DNA from: Pseudomonadales bacterium
Lineage (GTDB): Bacteria > Pseudomonadota > Gammaproteobacteria > Pseudomonadales > Pseudohongiellaceae
Assembly: GCA_022827425.1 (NCBI GenBank)
Contig: JAJDSZ010000038.1
Coordinates: forward strand, 32,779 to 96,778
DNA length: 64,000 bases
Direction: 5' to 3'
In this document: one piece after another, positions 23,178-32,111 of the stretch
Layout: every line of letters begins with the position of its first letter
How positions within the stretch are numbered: the first letter of the stretch is position 1
Made by a program: the position numbers and the translations under genes
Notes under the pieces: generated by a model
What the model was told of the DNA's origin: nothing
Databases searched by the model: none
What the model saw: the letters and a program-made list of their open reading frames with translations, nothing else

Positions 23178-23186
23178 TTATCCACA
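23178..23186 (+). promoter_or_regulatory. Perfect consensus DnaA box TTATCCACA
   Basis: Direct read of the sequence (caccaagTTATCCACAgtttc). Confidence 0.45.
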
Positions 23187-23308
23187 GTTTCTGTGAATGG
23201 TTCCCCGCGAAATATAGCCCCTCCTCGCAGGCTGCGCCAGCCGGGCAGACCCGGTTGCGGGCCGGATTGTGCTACTATCCACCCATCGGTTCTGCGGGTG
23301 TCCAATAA

Positions 23309-23947
23309 ATGTTCGAACTGGCAGGGGACGTGCCCTTCCTGTGGCGACTTTCTGCGCGTAGTGAAGACGGATCCTACTCGGTGGCAATGGTTGTGCCGGG
23401 CCCGGAAGATTCCCGGGCATTCGACCTCACCATAGAAACCGGCATTCTCAGGCTGACCGGCGATCCTGAACTTTCCGAAAACGAAGAGATTCTGGAATGG
23501 AGCCAGGACGATCTCGACCTGTTTCTGCGGTTGGTCAGTCGGCGCAAGCTCGGTCGCGGGACTGGCAAGCCGGACACCTTGCGGCTGGACCTGACAGACC
23601 CGGAAGTCATCGATATCATCCACATTGTCGCCGCAGCCGGGTTCGGCTTTCCCTATCTTCCCGGCGCCATGCTCAAGCAGTCCGCTGGCGAATTCCCGGG
23701 CCACAAGGCAGAAGTGGGCGGGCTGGCCTCATTGAACACGATTCGCGGCTTCAAACCCTGCGTGGTTGTCGATGTGGCCGAAGAGGAAGTCGCTTGCGTA
23801 TTGCTAGATGACCTGGAATCGGCTGAAGGCCGGGGCAGCGACGAAAGCCTGTATCGAAACGACCTGGTGGTGGTGGAGCACACCGATGTATTGCATCCGG
23901 CCTTCGCCCAGTCCAGCGTGCCCCCGGAGTCCGCAGCGCTGCACTAG
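23309..23947 (+). CDS. Hypothetical acidic protein (212 aa) with no family I recognise
   Basis: It is the only long ORF between the AT-rich island and the family-2 repeat. Composition is GC-rich and coding-like. The SD is weak, and the stop TAG lies inside the repeat terminus cacTAGg. Confidence 0.55.
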   Translation: MFELAGDVPFLWRLSARSEDGSYSVAMVVPGPEDSRAFDLTIETGILRLTGDPELSENEEILEWSQDDLDLFLRLVSRRKLGRGTGKPDTLRLDLTDPEVIDIIHIVAAAGFGFPYLPGAMLKQSAGEFPGHKAEVGGLASLNTIRGFKPCVVVDVAEEEVACVLLDDLESAEGRGSDESLYRNDLVVVEHTDVLHPAFAQSSVPPESAALH

Positions 23948-24176
23948 GTATTCTCTGAAAAACTCCCTCCCTGGAGTTTTTCATTATCGCAAAACAAAAG
24001 CGTGGTTTTGTTTTGCTTACGAATTCAATGGCTAGCTCCAGTTGCGGAGCATAGCTCCGCGCCGTTGCGGCCGCGCCCGAAGCCGCGCTTCGAGAACGCT
24101 TGCCTTCACCCATCGAATTCGGCGACACATCCTTGTGCCGCAGGGAAGCTCTGACTTGATCAGAGCTTCCCTGCGG
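23942..24176. repeat. Family-2 repeat, full-length copy (about 235 bp)
   Basis: It aligns end to end with 54324-54550. It contains the AT-stem hairpin gcaaaacaaaa-gcgtgg-ttttgttttgc and a perfect 17-bp-stem terminal hairpin ccgcagggaagctctga-cttga-tcagagcttccctgcgg (24138-24176). Confidence 0.8.
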
Positions 24177-24218
24177 CAGCGGATTTCACGGCTGCAGAAT
24201 CTGTAGCCGGCATTCATG

Positions 24219-25397
24219 TCAAGCCCCGCGCATGGCCTCGCGGCGCTGATTGAACCGGCGTCCCACAAGCGCGGAAGCAATGTTGATCTTCTGGATGTCG
24301 ATGGCGCCGCCGGCAATTCCCCAACCCAAACCATCGCGCAGTTTCTGTTCAATGGGAAACTCCCGTGAATAGCCATAGCCGCCCATCAACTGCATCGCCT
24401 TGCCGGTCACTTCACGCACGGCTTCGTTGGCAAAGCACTTGGCGATGGAACTGTCCACCAGTGATGGCAGGCCGCTTTCGGCGCCGGTAACGGCCCGGTA
24501 CAGCAATAGACGCGCGGCGTCGAGCTTCATTTTCATTTCGGCCAGATGAATCTGCACCGCCTGGAAATCCACCAACGGCTTGCCGAACTGCTCGCGCTGC
24601 TGGCAATAGTCAAGCACAAAATCAAACGCCGACTGGGCCACGGCGAGTGACATGGTGGTATTGCCGCAGCGCTCAAGGTCGAAGGCTTCCATGAGTTTCC
24701 TGAAGCCGCCGGCACCGACAAGCACGTCTGCAGGGTCAATTTCCACTTCGTCAAAATGCATGTCGGCGCTGCCCACGCCGCGAAAGCCGAGATGGTGGTC
24801 AGGCTTGCCGAAACTGAAGCCCGGCGCCCCCTTGCGCACAATTGCCGCGCCGATGCCCCGGGCGCCGGGCTCGTCGGACATCCGGCAGTACACCAGATAG
24901 AAATCGGCATGGCCGGCTCCGGAACACCAGCGTTTCGCACCATCAAGCACTAACCTGCCGTTCTTTTCCCGCAGGCTCGTGCTGAGGTCGGTAAGCGCCG
25001 AGCCGGCGTCAGGCTCGGACATGGAAACGGCAACGACAATCTCTCCGGAACAAACCGCGGGCAGCAACCGCCGCCGCAGTTCCTCGCTGCCGAAATGGGC
25101 AATGGCGAGAGTCGGACCAAAACACGACTCGAATACCGGAAATGCCACTGCAATGGAGATACTGGCGATTTCTTCCAGCACCAGCACGGCATCCAGATGA
25201 CTGAGCCCGCCGCCGCCATACTTCTCAGGCAGGTTTACCCCCAGATAACCCAATTCGGCAAACCGCCGCCGCAATTCCTGCCCGGGCGGTTTGTCGCCGC
25301 GCTCAATATCCGCCGCAATCTCCGGCAATTCCCGCCGCGCAAACCGTTGCACCGACTGTTGCAAAGCCCGCTGTTCGTCAGTCAAGGAAAAGTCCAT
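24219..25397 (-). CDS. Acyl-CoA dehydrogenase
   Basis: 392 aa with the ACAD layout and the N-terminus MDFSLTDEQRALQQSV. Confidence 0.92.
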   Translation of the reverse strand: MDFSLTDEQRALQQSVQRFARRELPEIAADIERGDKPPGQELRRRFAELGYLGVNLPEKYGGGGLSHLDAVLVLEEIASISIAVAFPVFESCFGPTLAIAHFGSEELRRRLLPAVCSGEIVVAVSMSEPDAGSALTDLSTSLREKNGRLVLDGAKRWCSGAGHADFYLVYCRMSDEPGARGIGAAIVRKGAPGFSFGKPDHHLGFRGVGSADMHFDEVEIDPADVLVGAGGFRKLMEAFDLERCGNTTMSLAVAQSAFDFVLDYCQQREQFGKPLVDFQAVQIHLAEMKMKLDAARLLLYRAVTGAESGLPSLVDSSIAKCFANEAVREVTGKAMQLMGGYGYSREFPIEQKLRDGLGWGIAGGAIDIQKINIASALVGRRFNQRREAMRGA

Positions 25398-25454
25398 CCT
25401 CCTCCCTCCTTTTCGAATCTTCGGAAAACCGGTGATTCTAACCTCTTTGGGGTC

Positions 25455-25497
25455 GAGAAAATCGCTTTGGCGAATTCCCGCGGCGCAGGCTCCCAGG
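25455..25497. repeat. Family-3 repeat, partial copy
   Basis: aaaatcgctttggcgaattcccgcggcgcaggctcc matches 56880-56918. Confidence 0.5.
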
Positions 25498-25507
25498 CTG
25501 CTACCGG

Positions 25508-25590
25508 CTGTGGGTGTCTTCCTTTACCGGGTGGGTGTCCTGCGAGTGTCCTGCGAGTGCTCCGGGTGGGTGTCCTGCGAGGGGGTGGGT
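25508..25590. repeat. Local direct repeats of GGGTGGGTGTCCTGCGAG (2 full copies plus partial copies)
   Basis: Full copies lie at 25529-25546 and 25564-25581, with partials at 25508-25520 and 25547-25557. They contain the recurring 9-mer TGGGTGTCC. Confidence 0.55.
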
Positions 25591-25624
25591 CTGCTGTATA
25601 ATCGCCGGCTTTTGCCCTTTCTCC

Positions 25625-28372
<2,748 letters not shown>

Positions 28373-28516
28373 AGGTCCGATGGGTGTCCCGACAGCGGCG
28401 GCGGTTCGAAGCCACATATCCAAAACACCGCAATTCCAAAATTCCGCACTTGAGAATTTACCCATTGAAAATTAACATTCCGCCCTTACCAGAACATTTC
28501 ACCACGAGATTGCCAC

Positions 28517-28843
28517 ATGAACCCGCTTTTCAGCACCGCCCACGCCCAGACCGCCGCCGGCGAGCCATCGCTGGCTTTCAACCTGATTCTCTTCGGCGGC
28601 ATGATCCTGCTGTTCTGGCTGCTGCTGATCCGGCCCCAGTCCAAGCGCGCAAAGGAGCATCGCGAACTCGTGGCGAGCATCGACAAGGGCGACGAGATCA
28701 TGACCTCCGGCGGCCTGCTCGGCAAGGTGACCAAGGTGAGTGGCGACTACATGGCGCTGCGGGTGGCCAATGGCGTCGAGATCAAGCTGCAGAAAACCTC
28801 GATAGCCGCCACCCTGCCCAAAGGCACCCTGGAGCAGATATGA
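28517..28843 (+). CDS. yajC: Preprotein translocase subunit YajC
   Basis: 108 aa with a single TM segment and the motif KGDEIMTSGGLLGKVTKV. Synteny is tgt-yajC-secD-secF. Confidence 0.9.
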   Translation: MNPLFSTAHAQTAAGEPSLAFNLILFGGMILLFWLLLIRPQSKRAKEHRELVASIDKGDEIMTSGGLLGKVTKVSGDYMALRVANGVEIKLQKTSIAATLPKGTLEQI

Positions 28844-28952
28844 TCCCTGCCGGCACACACTCCGACCCGGTCCGTCCCAGGGCTGGAGTGAACAGATATC
28901 TTGCCGCTGCGGATTCAGCCCCGGTCCGTCGTGCTGTCAGAGAGTTCACCAC

Positions 28953-30845
28953 ATGCTGAACCGCTATCCGGTCTGGAAAAATCTCCTCATCCTGCTCGCC
29001 ATGGTGCTTGGGGTGCTGTATTCGGTGCCCAACCTGTACCCCGACGACGAAGCCCTGCAGGTGACCCACGAAAGCCAGCAACTCGTCCAGGCCGATCTCG
29101 ACAACATCACCACGGCCCTGGCAGCCGCCCAGCTTGCTACCATCGGCCAGGAACTCAACGATTCCGGCATTCTGCTGCGCTTTGAAGGCGTCGATGAGCA
29201 ACTGCGCGCCAAGACCGCCGTTGAAGACGCCCTGACCGACGATTACATTGTCGCCCTCAATCTGGCCCCCACCACCCCGGGCTGGATGCAGGCCATCGGC
29301 GCCGGCAAGATGAATCTCGGCCTCGACCTCCAGGGCGGGGTGCACTTCCTGATGGAAGTCGATATGGATGCCGCGGTGCTCGGCCGCATGGAAGACAACC
29401 TCAGCAACGTGCGCAGCATCCTGCGGGAATTGCGGATCCGAACCCGGGGCCTCACCATGGTGGACTCCTCCCATATCGAAGTCCGCTTCGCCAGCGCCGA
29501 CGACCGCTCCCGGGCGCGCTCGGAGCTGATCGACAATTTCCCCGAACTGCAATTCCAGAACCGGGAAACCAGCGGCCTGTTCCTCCTCGACCTGCGCATG
29601 ACCGAAGACACCATGCTGCAGATCCAGCGCGACACCCTCCAGGCCAATCGCACCACCCTGCTCAACCGGGTTGACGCCCTCGGCGTGGCCGAACCCACGG
29701 TGCAGCAACAGGGTTCCAACCGCATCGTGGTGGAGCTGCCCGGCGTGCAGGATCCGGCCCAGGCGATTCGCATCCTGCAGCGCATCGCCACCCTCGAATT
29801 CCATCTCGAAGCGGGGCCCGGCGCGCCGCGCTCAAGTTTTGAAACCTATGACTATGTGGCGCCGGAAGGCGTGTTTACGGTCAATGTGGACAACGACGTG
29901 ATCCTCCAGGGCGACCGCATCAGCAATGTGCGCCCCTCGCTGGACCAGAACGGCCTGCCCCAGGTGCAGATCAGCCTCGACGCCCAAGGCGGCAACCAGA
30001 TCAACCGCGTCACCCGGGACAATGTGGGCCGCATGATGGACATTCTGCTCATCGAAACCCGCTCGCGCACCAATCTGGTCATCGACGAGAACGGCGAGGA
30101 GGTCGAGGAAGTCGAATTCTACGAAGACCGCCGCCTGATCAGCCACGCCCGCATCAATTCCGCCCTTGGCCGGCAGTTCGTCATCACCGGCCTGACCCAG
30201 CGCGAGGCCATGGACCTGTCGCTGCTGATCAGCTCCGGCTCCCTCGCGGCGCCCATGACCATTGTCGAGCAGTCGGTGATCGGCCCCACCATGGGCCGGG
30301 AAAACCTGGAACAAGGCATCCGCGGCGTGCAGATCGCGGCGGTTCTCGTGGTGCTCTTCATGCTGCTGTATTACCGGGTGTTCGGGCTTGCCGCCAATGC
30401 CGCCCTGATCATGAACATCGTGCTGATCTTCGCCGTGCTGTCCTCGGTGCTGCCCGCCACCCTGACCCTGCCGGGCATCGTCGGCATCGTGCTGACCGTG
30501 GGCATGGCGGTGGACGCCAATGTGCTCATATTCACGCGCATCAAGGAAGAGTTGCGCAATGGCCTGCCGCCGCAACAGGCCATCAGCGCCGGTTACGACC
30601 GCGCTTTCACCACGATTCTCGACGCCAACCTGACCACCTTCCTCGTGGCGGTGGTGCTGTTCACCATCGGCACCGGGCCGGTGAAGGGATTCTCGGTCAC
30701 CCTGATGATCGGCATCATCACTTCCATGTTCACCGCCATCGTCGGCACCCGGGCCCTGGTGAACCTGATTTACGGGCGGCGCCGGGATTTGCGCAGCCTT
30801 TCCATCGGCGTCGCCCCGGTCAAACCGGCCGCCGGCAAGAACTGA
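28953..30845 (+). CDS. secD: Protein translocase subunit SecD
   Basis: 630 aa with a large periplasmic loop followed by a 5-TM C-terminus typical of SecD. Confidence 0.95.
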   Translation: MLNRYPVWKNLLILLAMVLGVLYSVPNLYPDDEALQVTHESQQLVQADLDNITTALAAAQLATIGQELNDSGILLRFEGVDEQLRAKTAVEDALTDDYIVALNLAPTTPGWMQAIGAGKMNLGLDLQGGVHFLMEVDMDAAVLGRMEDNLSNVRSILRELRIRTRGLTMVDSSHIEVRFASADDRSRARSELIDNFPELQFQNRETSGLFLLDLRMTEDTMLQIQRDTLQANRTTLLNRVDALGVAEPTVQQQGSNRIVVELPGVQDPAQAIRILQRIATLEFHLEAGPGAPRSSFETYDYVAPEGVFTVNVDNDVILQGDRISNVRPSLDQNGLPQVQISLDAQGGNQINRVTRDNVGRMMDILLIETRSRTNLVIDENGEEVEEVEFYEDRRLISHARINSALGRQFVITGLTQREAMDLSLLISSGSLAAPMTIVEQSVIGPTMGRENLEQGIRGVQIAAVLVVLFMLLYYRVFGLAANAALIMNIVLIFAVLSSVLPATLTLPGIVGIVLTVGMAVDANVLIFTRIKEELRNGLPPQQAISAGYDRAFTTILDANLTTFLVAVVLFTIGTGPVKGFSVTLMIGIITSMFTAIVGTRALVNLIYGRRRDLRSLSIGVAPVKPAAGKN

Positions 30846-30877
30846 CCGGCGCCGGACGGGAGGGCGCGGGAGCATCC

Positions 30878-31834
30878 ATGAGCAATACCCGAATCCGAAT
30901 CGACTTCATGCGCGGTCGCCGGGTCGCGGCCGTGCTGTCGATGATCGCGATATTGATTGCCATCGGCTCGCTCGCCCTGCGCGGGCTCGAGTTCGGCCTC
31001 GATTTCACCAGCGGCACCTCGGTGCGGCTGAATTTTTCCCAGACCGCGCCCATGGACGCCGTCAATTCCGAGTTGGAACAGGCGGGCTACGAAGACGCCG
31101 TGGTGGTCAATTTCGGCTCGGACAGGGACATCCGCGTCCTGCTGCCGCTTGACCCCGATGCCGAAGCCGCCAACGAGGCGGAACAGGCCGCCCTTACCGG
31201 CGAGGCCATTGCGGCGCTGCTGCGGGAGCGGGTGGATTCCGGGGTGATTCTGCTCGGTTCGGACTATGTCAGCGCCAAGGTGGGCGAGGAGCTTGCCGAA
31301 CAGGGCGGCCTCGGCATGCTCGTGGCGCTGGGCATCATCATGCTCTACATCGCCGTGCGCTTTCAGTTCAAGTTTTCCGTGGGCGCCGTGGTGGCCCTGG
31401 CCCACGATCTCCTGTTCACCCTGGGGATTTTTTCCCTCACGGGCATGGAGTTCAATCTCAACACCCTGGCGGCCCTGCTCGCCATCATCGGCTACTCGCT
31501 CAACGACACCATCGTGGTTTCGGACCGGATCCGCGAGAACTTCCGCACCCTGCGCAAGACCGAACCGGTGGCAACCGTGAATGTCTCCCTGAACCAGACC
31601 CTGGGCCGCACCATGATCACCTCGTTCACCACCTTGCTGGTGCTGTTTTCCATCCTGCTTATGGGGGGCGAATCGACCCAGGGATTCGCCATCGCCCTGA
31701 TCATTGGCGTGATTGTGGGAACCTACTCTTCAATTTATGTGGCGTCGAACGTTATTATTTTCATGAAGGTGACTCGCGAAGACCTGCTGATACCGGTCAA
31801 GGAAGGCGCCGAGGCAGACGGCGCCATGCCATGA
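30878..31834 (+). CDS. secF: Protein translocase subunit SecF
   Basis: 318 aa, with the text GYSLNDTIVVSDRIRENF typical of SecF. Confidence 0.95.
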   Translation: MSNTRIRIDFMRGRRVAAVLSMIAILIAIGSLALRGLEFGLDFTSGTSVRLNFSQTAPMDAVNSELEQAGYEDAVVVNFGSDRDIRVLLPLDPDAEAANEAEQAALTGEAIAALLRERVDSGVILLGSDYVSAKVGEELAEQGGLGMLVALGIIMLYIAVRFQFKFSVGAVVALAHDLLFTLGIFSLTGMEFNLNTLAALLAIIGYSLNDTIVVSDRIRENFRTLRKTEPVATVNVSLNQTLGRTMITSFTTLLVLFSILLMGGESTQGFAIALIIGVIVGTYSSIYVASNVIIFMKVTREDLLIPVKEGAEADGAMP

Positions 31835-31871
31835 TGGCGGGAACGGCGGTTCCGATTTTGGCGTTCGGCGC

Positions 31872-32012
31872 CTCCTTTCCGGTCATCCTGCGTCTCCCTT
31901 CCGGTCATCCTGCGTCTCCCTTCCGGTCATCCTGCGCGTAGTCGCAGGATCTCATTGGGAGGCCACTGCCCGAGATTCTGCGACTCCGCTTCGCTTCGCG
32001 CAGAATGACCGG
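31872..32012. repeat. Family-1 cluster: three tandem left arms (period about 24 nt), then two complete hairpins
   Basis: ccggtcatcctgcgtctcccttcc appears about 2.5 times. It is followed by gtcatcctgcg-cgtagt-cgcaggatc, the spacer cattgggaggccactg, and agattctgcg...cgcagaatgac. Confidence 0.75.
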
Positions 32013-32111
32013 GGTATGGGAGGTTATGCGGCGGGAGAGGCAAACATTGAAAACACAAGACACCAGCCAGAAAACGGGAATCGGGAATGAAACCAATCTG
32101 CAGTTCGGCGC

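Larger units (their letters stand above)
22870..23215. other. AT-rich island (about one-third G+C by hand count over 22921-23100) within an otherwise GC-rich window
   Basis: I counted 61 G+C in 180 nt across 22921-23100. It lies between the divergent hisC (-) and ORF 23309 (+). It contains GATC at about 22892 and 22902, plus DnaA-box matches. Confidence 0.6.

Noticed and set aside
22876-23308. Small ORFs in the AT-rich island (61 aa on the minus strand, 82 aa on the plus strand)
   Set aside because: They have no convincing SD and their composition is unlike the coding regions of this genome. The peptides are Cys/His/Phe-rich nonsense-like sequences. The region is better explained as non-coding.
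25529-25581. A possible mini-CRISPR, given direct repeats of GGGTGGGTGTCCTGCGAG
   Set aside because: There are only two full copies. The intervening sequence is itself a partial repeat. There is no regular repeat-spacer periodicity and no cas genes are nearby.
28385-28415. A tRNA-like T-arm string (ggcggttcgaagcc)
   Set aside because: I could not build an acceptor stem, anticodon arm or D-arm from the flanking sequence. It is probably part of a small repeat shared with 44805-44840.
31839-31860. A Rho-independent terminator after secF (ggaac-ggcg-gttcc followed by gatttt)
   Set aside because: The stem is only 5 bp and the T-tract only 4 nt, which is too weak to call.
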